From an uncultured bacterium (lineage in GTDB: Bacteria > Acidobacteriota > HRBIN11 > JAKEFK01), in the NCBI GenBank assembly GCA_963777505.1, contig CAVZQN010000001.1, positions 160,001 through 224,000 of the forward strand: a stretch of DNA of 64,000 nt, read 5' to 3'. Within the stretch, counting starts at the first letter, position 1; each line of letters begins with the position of its first letter. Both the position numbers and the translations under genes were made by a program. Shown one piece after another: positions 32,201-40,711 of the stretch. Below the pieces are notes generated by a model that did not search any database, was not told where the DNA came from, and saw only the letters and a program-made list of their open reading frames with translations.

Positions 32201-32305
32201 TATCTCTGTCGGTTGGACCACAGAGATTGCAAAAAAATGAAAAAACAGAAGAACGATAAAAACTTGAAAAGACACTTTCTGCATAGTTCTCGCCTCATTA
32301 AACAA
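29219..32305 (-). CDS. TPR-repeat CHAT-domain (caspase HetF-associated) protease
   Basis: Many TPRs, SKARSFLD, PDGALSYLPFEAL, HFASHG, VVLSACKSG, HPYYWAPF; hydrophobic N-terminus. Confidence 0.92.
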   Translation of the reverse strand: MFNEARTMQKVSFQVFIVLLFFHFFAISVVQPTEIEDPATLVTEADSEVAQFNFDAGLLKYSRAIELYKKTNDQKGLAAAEFKYGKALFSIGKHSEAEEQLNHSLQLHEKFEDKESIAHDLALIANIYWRQGSYEKSISLSEKSLVIFKEIGNKKGVALAFRNLGIVHDYQGDYEKALDFSGRSIEICEEINDREGLANSLSTLGSTYWKKGDLDLATEKYQKALGIFQELGNIPGQGRVHGNMGLVYWNKGDMDLALEHTKQSLAFATKTANKASIATNYYNSALMLMEQGEYEKALNSFQESLSQAKEMGDKGLMGVCYEGLGKLTKFSGDWDRALEYFKSALDIAKEIGEKRAEAYALAAIGHVNDHYGKYQLAIEYYKKAFVLYKEMDEQRGIAKMHESIGYSYSNMNRHDDALKEFYSSLEIVESIKADWNLSENYRMIGMAYHSLNQLDEAEKALSKSIDLAREADQANTLWQSLYEKGLVYKRAGRSEEALSLLEESTHEIEKMRTTVEDVELRAGYLQDRLHVYEETIPLLVQLNRIPEAFEYVQRSKARSFLDMLAEAQVDSDSGLNPDLKESRKKILAEIMKSQKNLQDEKSKENPETSKINQIKNKQNQLEKQYADLIQEIRIKNPMYAEVQYPQPLKLAEAQALLDDQTLLFEYFLGTTESLLFVASRENVNVFNLKSEKEIAKLVNELRDVIMKPDAVYQASENTYTRYVNLAYALYSETIKPAESILQKKLRIVIAPDGALSYLPFEALLTQKVKPAGIVFSKLPYMARDFEIDYVPSISVLASIGKNGDNTVPAQKQLLAFADPVLKGVRSTSQEAKNVRSWAGTLTPLPHAREEVEGIARLFEKDEVTVAMGIEASEANLKKMALQDYRRLHFASHGLIDEEKPQFSALVLTGDNQGEDGFLTMREVFDLKLNADLVVLSACKSGLGKEIRGEGITGISRAFLCAGTPSVIVSLWDVYDRSTADLMTSFYRNLETKDLNKAAALRAARLEMIQSNKYSHPYYWAPFVLIGKR

Positions 32306-32427
32306 GACGGTTCAAAACGGAAATGAACCGGAACCTAAGAACTTTATTGTAACTATTTTAAACTCAATAACTTACAGACATCAAACATAATAATATTTCG
32401 AAAATAGCTCAGATTCAGAATAATATA

Positions 32428-32456
32428 TTGCATTTTAACAATATTTATACTATTAT
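32428..32456 (+). promoter_or_regulatory. sigma70-type promoter for Lrp gene (leaderless)
   Basis: TTGCAT-N17-TATTAT, 7 nt before ATG 32464, in an AT-rich region. Confidence 0.6.
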
Positions 32457-32463
32457 TTCGCAT

Positions 32464-32941
32464 ATGAAAGTAGATGAAGTAGATTTGCGCATTTTGGAAG
32501 TTCTCCAAAAGGATGGCAGGATTACGAATTTTGATCTTGCGAAGAGGATCGGGCTGACTCCTGCCCCGACACTGGCACGGGTAAAAAAGTTGGAATCATC
32601 TGGTTTCATTCGGAAGTATGCAGCGCTTGTAGATCAAACAAAACTTGGGATGTCTGTAACAGCATTTGTTCATGTGATTTTGGAATCACACAAGAAAAAG
32701 ACAACTCTGGATTTTGTAAAAGCTATAGAAGCGATTGTCGGAAGTTCTGGAGTGTCATCACATTGCAGGAGATGAAGATTTCTTGTTAAAAGTGGTAGCT
32801 TCGAGTCCGGCTGAATATGAATCGTTTGTATTAGAAAGACTCACAAAGGTTGAAGGGATTGAAAAGGTCAAGACTACCTTTGTTTTATCTTCATCGAAGC
32901 TGGAGACAGCGATACCGGTGAAAGGAGGTTTGTCATCATGA
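32464..32941 (+). CDS. Lrp/AsnC family transcriptional regulator, split by a frameshift near 32731-32734
   Basis: DEVDLRILEVLQKDGR..LAKRIGLT HTH, followed in another frame by the EVLECHHIAGDEDFLLKV RAM domain. Confidence 0.88.
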
Positions 32942-33579
32942 GACTGTTAACTACATTTGATATTGATTTTATGTTTCTTGCCTTTTCATCGTTATTTTCG
33001 ATCATTAATCCGATATCGGCAGCACCGATTTTCGTTTCATTGACTGATGGACCAGGATTTGATCGAAGGAAGTCGGCATGGCGCACAAGTCTTTCAGCTG
33101 GAGCGGCTCTTGCATTGTTTGCTCTCGCAGGTGGAGCGATCTTTGCGTTTTTTGGAATTACAGTTGCTGCTTTTCAAATTGCAGGTGGCATTCTGTTTAC
33201 GTTGATGTCGATTCAACCGCTGCTCAGCGATAAAGCTGAAGTAATGGAAGACAGCCCGAATCAGATGGACCCATCGATTGTTCCGCTGGGAATTCCATTG
33301 ATTGCAGGCCCTGGCGCAATTTCAACCGTCATGGTTCTGGTTGGTCAGGCACGCGATACATTTCATCGTGTGGCTCTTGGTGGAGCTATCGCTTTGAATA
33401 TTGTATTGACCTTACTTGTTTTGCTTGTGTCACCCTGGATTGTTCGAAAAATGGGTGCAACTGGTCAGCGAATCGTTGCAAAAATTATGGGATTGATTAC
33501 TGCGGTTATCGGTGTGCAGTTCATTATTAATGGTTCAACAACCGTGGTAATGGAAATCCTGAGAGCGTCGAAAGGTTAA
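32938..33579 (+). CDS. MarC family membrane protein
   Basis: IINPIS, FQIAGGIL, VPLGIPLIAGPGAI, KIMGLI. Confidence 0.92.
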   Translation: MRLLTTFDIDFMFLAFSSLFSIINPISAAPIFVSLTDGPGFDRRKSAWRTSLSAGAALALFALAGGAIFAFFGITVAAFQIAGGILFTLMSIQPLLSDKAEVMEDSPNQMDPSIVPLGIPLIAGPGAISTVMVLVGQARDTFHRVALGGAIALNIVLTLLVLLVSPWIVRKMGATGQRIVAKIMGLITAVIGVQFIINGSTTVVMEILRASKG

Positions 33580-33581
33580 GT

Positions 33582-33610
33582 AAGGGCGGCGGGACTTAGA
33601 CCCCGCCCTT
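33582..33610 (+). terminator. Hairpin after marC-like gene (terminator or REP-like)
   Basis: aagggcgg...ccgccctt stem right after the stop codon. Confidence 0.4.
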
Positions 33611-33666
33611 CTGTATTCAAAGTTGCTTCTGTTGGCAATTCCGTTAACATGGATCAGGGAGGGCCT

Positions 33667-35250
33667 ATGTTTTATTTACTTCTTTCCTCATTCTTCGTCT
33701 TTTTGTTAGCAACATCATTAATCGCAAGCCCGGTGGAAACCAATACTTATCAACCAGAGAGCGTTGAAGTCTTAGAGCCGGAAGATTGCAGTAAATGCGA
33801 TTTTTCTGTGGCCGCAGAATTGCCAAAAGAACGGACACACGTACAAGGTAAATTCTTCGATGAACATACGTTTCGTTTGATGAAGGAACACGCCAGATAC
33901 AATCCAAATGCCCCATCCGGAATTTTAGTTAAAGAAGCCAAGCAGATGGAAAAGGCTGCGCCGCCGTTACGATCTTCCTTTGATGGTATCAATCAAGTTT
34001 TTTCAGGTTTTTTTCCACCTGATACTCAAATCGCTGTCGGTCCTAACCATGTGTTGCAGGCAACCAATGGAGGCATCAGGCTTTCTTCAAAAACAAATAC
34101 AAATGTTTCACTGGTTAACTTCAACACTTTTTTCGCAAAACCAGGTGTATTTTTGTTTGATCCAAAAATATTTTATGATCCGATCGGACAACGCTTCTTT
34201 GTAACGGTTCTGGAATTCAAAGATCCACCTCAGGTTTCAATTGTACGTTTTGCAGTTTCACAAAGTAGCAGCCCTGCCAGCTTGACTCAAGGTTGGTGCA
34301 GATATTCATATTCAGGAAAGGTTCAAGGAACCTGGGCAGATTACCCATCAATGGGAATGAATGAAAAGTGGTTCGCCATTCATACGAACAATTTTAAGTT
34401 CAGCGACAATACATATACACGTTCCCTTGTGAAAGTGGCGGACAAATCAAAACTTGTAAACAATTCAACAACATGTCCACGTATTACTTTTTCTACGTTT
34501 AACTTTCCCTTTCCAAGCTCACAAATCAGCGGAACGATTCAATTTGCTCAAACAATGACAACTACGACTCTTCCTGGGACTCCTCTCTTTGCTGCAAGCA
34601 CTCTTGCAGGGGATTCAAACAGATACGAACTTTGGCGTGTCATTGGTACCACCAGTCCTTCTATCGCACGAGCCACAATAATTGGCCGTCCTTATTTAAT
34701 CCCTCCCGATGCGAAACACAAAGGTACAGGTCCTGAATTTGACACGGATGTACCACGCACGTTATCCAGTATAGTGCGGGATGGCATCATTACATTTTCA
34801 TTTACGACGGGATGCAATTTTGGGAGTCTCCCCAACGAAAGCTGCATTCGCGTGGTTCAAATCTCACCGACCGATACCGGTGGAAATATTTTGTTTGAAG
34901 GAGATTTTGGCGGTGGTGCTGACAAGTTCTTCTGGATGCCTGCGGTAACTGTTAATTCGGCTCGTGATCTAGCGGTAATTTTTCAACAAAGCGGCAAAAA
35001 CGCATTTCTTGGAATTGCATATACTGGCAAAAAATCTACAGCTTCGAGTCTTGAACCTTTTAAGAATCTTCAAATAGGAAAATGTAATCTCGTGAACGTG
35101 GATGATTCAGATCGGAATCGTAGCGGAGATTATGCTGGGATGACTGTCGATCCTTCTGATAATCGAACTTTTTGGGGTTCAGCAGAATATACTTCAAACA
35201 TCAACGGCCGTTGTGTTTGGAATACGCGTATCGGCAAAATGAGTTATTAA
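33667..35250 (+). CDS. Secreted hypothetical protein (PPD..GPNH beta-rich family)
   Basis: SD ggagg and signal peptide; PPDTQIAVGPNH, FDPKIFYD, DYPSMG, RSGDYAGMTVDP. Confidence 0.75.
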   Translation: MFYLLLSSFFVFLLATSLIASPVETNTYQPESVEVLEPEDCSKCDFSVAAELPKERTHVQGKFFDEHTFRLMKEHARYNPNAPSGILVKEAKQMEKAAPPLRSSFDGINQVFSGFFPPDTQIAVGPNHVLQATNGGIRLSSKTNTNVSLVNFNTFFAKPGVFLFDPKIFYDPIGQRFFVTVLEFKDPPQVSIVRFAVSQSSSPASLTQGWCRYSYSGKVQGTWADYPSMGMNEKWFAIHTNNFKFSDNTYTRSLVKVADKSKLVNNSTTCPRITFSTFNFPFPSSQISGTIQFAQTMTTTTLPGTPLFAASTLAGDSNRYELWRVIGTTSPSIARATIIGRPYLIPPDAKHKGTGPEFDTDVPRTLSSIVRDGIITFSFTTGCNFGSLPNESCIRVVQISPTDTGGNILFEGDFGGGADKFFWMPAVTVNSARDLAVIFQQSGKNAFLGIAYTGKKSTASSLEPFKNLQIGKCNLVNVDDSDRNRSGDYAGMTVDPSDNRTFWGSAEYTSNINGRCVWNTRIGKMSY

Positions 35251-35268
35251 CCGCAAAGTCACTGAGTC

Positions 35269-37557
35269 TTATTTCTGCTTTGCAAGACGCAGGTGTTGCA
35301 TCTCCAGATCGCGACGTCCCATTCGATTATAAATATCAGCCAGCACAAGATGGCCGAGCGGTCTATATTCCGGACCTGGATCGAGCGACAATCCTTTTTC
35401 GGCATATTCAATTGCTTTCTGAGTTTCTGATCCCCGTTCAACGAGAGCTTGTGCTAAGAAAAGATAGCCAAGTGCAAAATCCGGTTCATCCTCTACCGAT
35501 AAATTCAGGTGTTGAATTCCTTCATCTATTCTTCCGGTGTTGATCAACAGCCGCCCAAGATTTAAATGTGCCTTAAAATTCTTTGGCGAATTTTGCAGCT
35601 CAGCAAGATATTCTTTTTCTGCTTCCTGAAGGTTTCCTTGTTTTTCCCGCAGTTGAGCCATATTAAAATGTGCCATATTAATTTCAGGATTGAGCTTTAA
35701 CGCTTTCTGAAAATATTCTTCCGCCTTTGCTTGATCTTGCTTTTGCAGATGAGCAACGCCGATGCCGTTATAAATCCAGCTCGGATCGGATTCAGTTTTC
35801 AAAGCTCGGTCGAAATATTTCAAAGCACGATCAGGCTCATTCATGCCGAGATAAATTTCGCCAATCTTATAAAGGACCTGGGTATTATCGGGCTTTTTAG
35901 TGAGGAAGTGTTCAAAACCTAAGAGAGCTTCTTCAGTCTTCCCCATTTTTCGATATGTATTCGCAAGGTTAATCATTGCAAAATCATAATCGGGCTTTAA
36001 CTCAAGTGCTTTTTTGAATGAATCAAGCGCTTCTTCATAACTCTTTTTTCTATAGTATTCGTTGCCCAGCATGAAATGTGCATCGATAATCTTCGGATCT
36101 TGCTCGACTGTCTTCTTGAATTTTTCAATAGCAGATTCTGCATTGCCTTCCAATGAGTCTTGTCTTGCGGATGCAATCAGGTTAAATAGATCAATTTTGT
36201 CTTTAGGATCGGGCAGAGTCATTGGATCCTGAGTGACCGGTCCAGAAAATGCTCCTACATATCCTAAAGCAGCGAGTTTTTCATGTGCTTGATCATCGAT
36301 GGCTCCAGGCTGCATTACGGCTTCACTTACTTTTTCGTTTTCAATTTTCTTTAGTTCTTTTTGCATCTTCTGAGCTACTTCTTTTTGCTGATGATAAATA
36401 TTCGTTTTTTCGCCGGGATCAGAATCGAGATCATATAATTCGGGACGCGGCAGATCGATGTACTTAAATCGAGAGTTTCTAAGTGAAAGCAGACGGCTCC
36501 ATCCAAAGTGATACTGTGGGTAATAGGATTCCCCATAAGAATACGGGCTTTCCACATCAGAACCCTCCAGCGCATAATGCAATAAACTTCTTCCTTGAAT
36601 TGCCTCCGGAACGCGAATGCCTGTCATTTGTAAAACGGCTGGGAAAATATCAATGGTTCGAACTTGTTGCGAAACGCTCTTGCCATGAAGTTCGCGTTTT
36701 GGAGTCCAGAGAATCATCGGAACATGCAGAGTCGCATCATAAATAAAAAATGCATGTGTTGATTCTCCATGTTCTCCTAGGCTTTCACCATGATCTCCGG
36801 TTAAAACGATGATTGTATTCTCACGCAAGCCCAGAGCATCAAGATGATCGAGCAATTTTCCTACAAGCGAATCGGTATACGCGATTTCGCCGATGTACGG
36901 ACGTCCTGGATATATTTTTTTGAATTCAGGAGGAGGCTCATATGGAGTATGCGGATCGTAAAAGTGCGTCCAGAGAAAAAATCGTTCTCCCTTATGCTGG
37001 TCAAGCCACTGGATTGCATTTTGAAGGACATCACCACCTTTTCGTTCAACACTTCCGAGACCCACACGTTCCTGCTTCGCAACGTCAAACTTGTCATGAT
37101 AGGTATCGAATCCCTGATTCAGTCCCCACATTGAATCAAGGACATATGCTGCTACAAATGCAGCGGTTGAAAAGCCGTTTTGTTTGAAAATTTCTGCGAG
37201 TGTGTTTTCGTTTTTTGAAACATAAAACCCGCCATTATCGTGAACACCATGCAAAGCAGGCAACTTCCCCGTCATCATTGAAGTATGCGAAGGCAACGTG
37301 AGTGGTACATGAGCTGTTGCATCCAGAAAGAGAGTGCCTTCTCTCGCTAAGGTGTCAATGTTAGGAGTGCTGATCTCTTTATAACCGTAACAACCGAGTC
37401 GATCAGCGCGCAGAGTATCCAGTGTTATCAGCAGGACGTTGTATTTTTTCTTTGACACATCCTGAATAATTTCTGGAAGTGTTGGACGCCTGAAAAATAA
37501 CCATCCAGAAAAAACTGCAGCAACAAACGAAAGTACGATTAATACTTTAAGACGCAC
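35269..37557 (-). CDS. Sulfatase-like hydrolase/transferase with C-terminal TPRs
   Basis: LITLDTLRAD, PLTLPSH, HFYDPH, GDHGE, ELYDL..DPGE, LAALGYV, then TPRs. Confidence 0.9.
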   Translation of the reverse strand: MRLKVLIVLSFVAAVFSGWLFFRRPTLPEIIQDVSKKKYNVLLITLDTLRADRLGCYGYKEISTPNIDTLAREGTLFLDATAHVPLTLPSHTSMMTGKLPALHGVHDNGGFYVSKNENTLAEIFKQNGFSTAAFVAAYVLDSMWGLNQGFDTYHDKFDVAKQERVGLGSVERKGGDVLQNAIQWLDQHKGERFFLWTHFYDPHTPYEPPPEFKKIYPGRPYIGEIAYTDSLVGKLLDHLDALGLRENTIIVLTGDHGESLGEHGESTHAFFIYDATLHVPMILWTPKRELHGKSVSQQVRTIDIFPAVLQMTGIRVPEAIQGRSLLHYALEGSDVESPYSYGESYYPQYHFGWSRLLSLRNSRFKYIDLPRPELYDLDSDPGEKTNIYHQQKEVAQKMQKELKKIENEKVSEAVMQPGAIDDQAHEKLAALGYVGAFSGPVTQDPMTLPDPKDKIDLFNLIASARQDSLEGNAESAIEKFKKTVEQDPKIIDAHFMLGNEYYRKKSYEEALDSFKKALELKPDYDFAMINLANTYRKMGKTEEALLGFEHFLTKKPDNTQVLYKIGEIYLGMNEPDRALKYFDRALKTESDPSWIYNGIGVAHLQKQDQAKAEEYFQKALKLNPEINMAHFNMAQLREKQGNLQEAEKEYLAELQNSPKNFKAHLNLGRLLINTGRIDEGIQHLNLSVEDEPDFALGYLFLAQALVERGSETQKAIEYAEKGLSLDPGPEYRPLGHLVLADIYNRMGRRDLEMQHLRLAKQK

Positions 37558-37599
37558 CTTTGCTCCTCAACACCCCTGCTCCCCTGCTCCTCCGCAGTC

Positions 37600-38610
37600 C
37601 TAATGCACCCGTCTTCCATTCAACAAATCAAGCGCATGAAATAGAATGGGCTTCAGTACTTCGACAGAGTGCGCCATTGCGCCTGGATTGCCTGGTAGAT
37701 TGATGATTAGTTTGGTCCCTGTAATTCCCGCTTCACCCCTTGATGTCCATGATAAAGGTGTTTGTTCTGCTCCACTTTGCCGCAATAGTTCAGCGATTCC
37801 ATGTGCCGGACGTTCGATGACATCTCGCGTTGCTTCAGGCGTCACATCCCGCACTGAAAACCCGGTGCCTCCGGTTGTGAGAATCAAATGAATGTCCGAA
37901 TCACCGGCATGTTTTTGTAAGACACTTGCTATTTTGCTGCGTTCATCAGGAACAATTTCCTGTACAGACACATTGATTCCCGCTTTTATCAAAGCTTCAA
38001 CAAGAGCAGGACCTGAACTATCTTTTTGTTCATTGCGAAAACAACGGTCACTTACAGTAATCACTGCTGCATTGTAACGTTCGTTATCGCCGCTCATTTT
38101 TGTCCTTTCTTGAGCGGGCGCAGTCTTAGACCCGCCTTTACTTTTTTTATAAAGACCGCTTTTGCCGCCTTCTTTTTCTAACAATTCAATTGGACCAATC
38201 ACCATTCCTTTATCGATACCCTTACACATGTCATAAACAATTAATGAACCTACTGCGACTGCGGTTAGAGCTTCCATCTCGACTCCAGTCTTCGATTCAG
38301 CATTTGCTTCGGCCCGAATCTCTAACTTATTTCCATTCAATTCAAAATCAATACGGAGGTGTGTTAATGGAATAGGATGACATAACGGTATCAGTTCAGA
38401 AGTTTTTTTTGCTGCTTGAATTCCGCCAATGCGAGCAATTTCAAGAACATTTCCTTTGACGGTCTGATTCTTTCGAATTGCATCTGCGATCGCATCTGTA
38501 AGCTGAATCTGCCCTCCAGCGATTGCCCGTCGGAATGTTATGGCCTTATTTGAAACATTCACCATTCGGGTTTGACCTTTAGAATCGATATGACTTAACC
38601 GTTTTTTCAT
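37600..38610 (-). CDS. moaCB: Bifunctional molybdenum cofactor biosynthesis protein MoaC/MoaB(MogA)
   Basis: LIPLCHP, TGVEMEAL, DMCK (MoaC) plus ITVSD, TTGGTG..RDVTPEA, NLPG (MogA/MoaB). Confidence 0.93.
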   Translation of the reverse strand: MKKRLSHIDSKGQTRMVNVSNKAITFRRAIAGGQIQLTDAIADAIRKNQTVKGNVLEIARIGGIQAAKKTSELIPLCHPIPLTHLRIDFELNGNKLEIRAEANAESKTGVEMEALTAVAVGSLIVYDMCKGIDKGMVIGPIELLEKEGGKSGLYKKSKGGSKTAPAQERTKMSGDNERYNAAVITVSDRCFRNEQKDSSGPALVEALIKAGINVSVQEIVPDERSKIASVLQKHAGDSDIHLILTTGGTGFSVRDVTPEATRDVIERPAHGIAELLRQSGAEQTPLSWTSRGEAGITGTKLIINLPGNPGAMAHSVEVLKPILFHALDLLNGRRVH

Positions 38611-38658
38611 CTTGCTCTTTGTAGAATGGATCTGTACAATCGTGAGTTTACTTATACC

Positions 38659-39627
38659 ATGGAAAATTCTGCAGCTTCAGCAATACCGCCAGCGAGTGTG
38701 GGCGAAAGACTCAAGACATACATTGATTTAGCCCGCCCGTTTACTCTCCTTGCTCCGATGCTCGGCTTTGTTTCAGGAGGAGTGACTGCATGGGGCGCAC
38801 ACCCGATTACGCCAGCTCATGCTTCCGTTCTGGTTTCTATTTTTCTTGGATCCTTAATGGCTGCAACATTAAATGCTGGTTCGAATGGAATAAACCAGGT
38901 CTATGATCTGCCGATTGATCGGATTAACAAACCGAACCGGCCAATTCCGGCCGGCAAAATGTCAATCAAGGAGGCGTGGATTGTTAGCGCAGTCTTTTAT
39001 GTCATTGCCTGGATTCTTGCCTGGTTTGTAACACCCTATGGCAATCCTGATGATCATTCTTGTTTTTGGATTGTCCTGATCGCTTCATTTCTTACCTATG
39101 TATATTCAGGACCGCCTTTCCGAACAAAGCGTCTAGGGATTCTTGCAAACATTACGATCGCAATTCCGCGCGGATTGCTCCTGAAAGTAGCCGGTTGGTC
39201 TGCGGTAAAACAAATCTGGGGTGTCGAGCCCTGGTACATCGGGGCGATTTTCGGTTTATTCCTTTTAGGTGCCGCTACAACCAAAGATTTTTCCGACATG
39301 AAAGGAGATGCTGCCGATGGATGCAGGACACTTCCTATCTTATATGGTGTGAAAAACGCTGCATGGATCATCAGCCCTTTCTTTGTTGTGCCATGGATTT
39401 TGATTCCGATCGGTGTGCATCTGAAAATTCTTACTGGCAACCAGCTGATGCTTTACATCCTCGGAATCGTGCTCGCGATTTACGGTGCATATACTGTCTA
39501 CACCATGGTACGTAAACCCGAAGAGCTTGCCACAGACTCCAATCATGTTTCATGGGCTCACATGTATCGGATGATGTTTGTCGGTCAGATAGGATTTGCG
39601 TTAGCATATCTTGTAGAATTGTTTTGA
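38659..39627 (+). CDS. UbiA-family prenyltransferase (DGGGP synthase/chlorophyll synthase-like)
   Basis: LARPFTL, NQVYDLPIDRINKPNRPIPAG, YSGPP, KDFSDMKGD; alternative start 38626. Confidence 0.85.
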   Translation: MENSAASAIPPASVGERLKTYIDLARPFTLLAPMLGFVSGGVTAWGAHPITPAHASVLVSIFLGSLMAATLNAGSNGINQVYDLPIDRINKPNRPIPAGKMSIKEAWIVSAVFYVIAWILAWFVTPYGNPDDHSCFWIVLIASFLTYVYSGPPFRTKRLGILANITIAIPRGLLLKVAGWSAVKQIWGVEPWYIGAIFGLFLLGAATTKDFSDMKGDAADGCRTLPILYGVKNAAWIISPFFVVPWILIPIGVHLKILTGNQLMLYILGIVLAIYGAYTVYTMVRKPEELATDSNHVSWAHMYRMMFVGQIGFALAYLVELF

Positions 39628-39643
39628 ACCGCGGAGACGCAAA

Positions 39644-40129
39644 ATGAAACACGTATTACTTGTAATTCTTTTGTTTATTCTACCTGGACTTGTCATTGCA
39701 CAAGTCGAACAAATCAATGTAAAAGTTGAAAATGTGACTTGTTCACTTTGTTTTAACGTTGCTCAAGCAAGTCTGCATCAACTACCGAATGTGAGTAATA
39801 TTTCAGCCGACATGAAATCGGGAAAAATAGAAATCGCAACAAAGTCAGGAGTCTCGGTAAAAGATGTGATGGATCGGGTGAAAGTCGCAGGGTTCAAAGA
39901 AGGGAGTGACTTTGAAATTGTTGTCAGCGGAAAATTAGAAAAACGCGGCAACCGCGTTGTGCTGGTTGCTCCAGGCCAAAAAGAGTTATTCATTGTCGAA
40001 CCAAACGACAAAAGCCGTATGGCCGCAAGTATGGCAGAAGAAAAAAGTGCTGCGCGAGTTGTCGCTTCACTTTCCGGCAGCGGAAATCAATACAAGCTAA
40101 ACGTCATCCAGATGCGTAAGCCAAAATAA
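39644..40129 (+). CDS. Secreted heavy-metal-associated (HMA) domain protein
   Basis: Signal peptide, VENVTCSLC motif. Confidence 0.75.
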   Translation: MKHVLLVILLFILPGLVIAQVEQINVKVENVTCSLCFNVAQASLHQLPNVSNISADMKSGKIEIATKSGVSVKDVMDRVKVAGFKEGSDFEIVVSGKLEKRGNRVVLVAPGQKELFIVEPNDKSRMAASMAEEKSAARVVASLSGSGNQYKLNVIQMRKPK

Positions 40130-40140
40130 TCTAACCACAT

Positions 40141-40578
40141 TCATTTCTCGAAAAGACTATATTCTTTCGCATCGTCTTCCATTTCACGGGAAAGTATCCA
40201 GTACACTGCTAATGTGGAACCGATCAGCGCGTTGCTCAAAATACCGGAAACGATTCCACCTCTCATCATTAATAGAAAAAACAGCGCGACAGGGATTCCG
40301 ATGAAATACGCGCCAAACAAAATCATGTTTTTTCTGAGCGACTTAGCCACAAAGAGCGCTACAACCGCATAGACAACATACAGGATCAAAAAAGAAATTT
40401 GTAGAACGCGCTCACTGTTTACCAGCATAGGAATTAGCGATTCAGGCAGATACTTGAGAAGAAAAGGAGTGGTGAGTAATCCGATGATGAGCGCACGCAC
40501 TACAAATACGAACGCATAGATACTGAAAATTCGGTTGAACCAAATTCGAAGTGTTTTTCGATTCAATGGATACTGCAA
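40141..40578 (-). CDS. Hypothetical membrane protein (about 4 TM)
   Basis: Four hydrophobic stretches; fills the gap between neighbouring genes. Confidence 0.6.
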   Translation of the reverse strand: MQYPLNRKTLRIWFNRIFSIYAFVFVVRALIIGLLTTPFLLKYLPESLIPMLVNSERVLQISFLILYVVYAVVALFVAKSLRKNMILFGAYFIGIPVALFFLLMMRGGIVSGILSNALIGSTLAVYWILSREMEDDAKEYSLFEK

Positions 40579-40711
40579 TAGATTACTTATTATTTATTGT
40601 TTTTCGGCGCAAGACTTTCAAGTCTAAGCTCGGTTGCAGCAGAAGTTTATTTATTGGATAATCATTTTCTCCCATCAAGTCCCCGAGTCTTTTGACGTCA
40701 AAGGAGCATCA

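Noticed and set aside
29219-32305. CHAT-TPR as a Craspase/CRISPR component
   Set aside because: No cas genes or repeat-spacer array in the window
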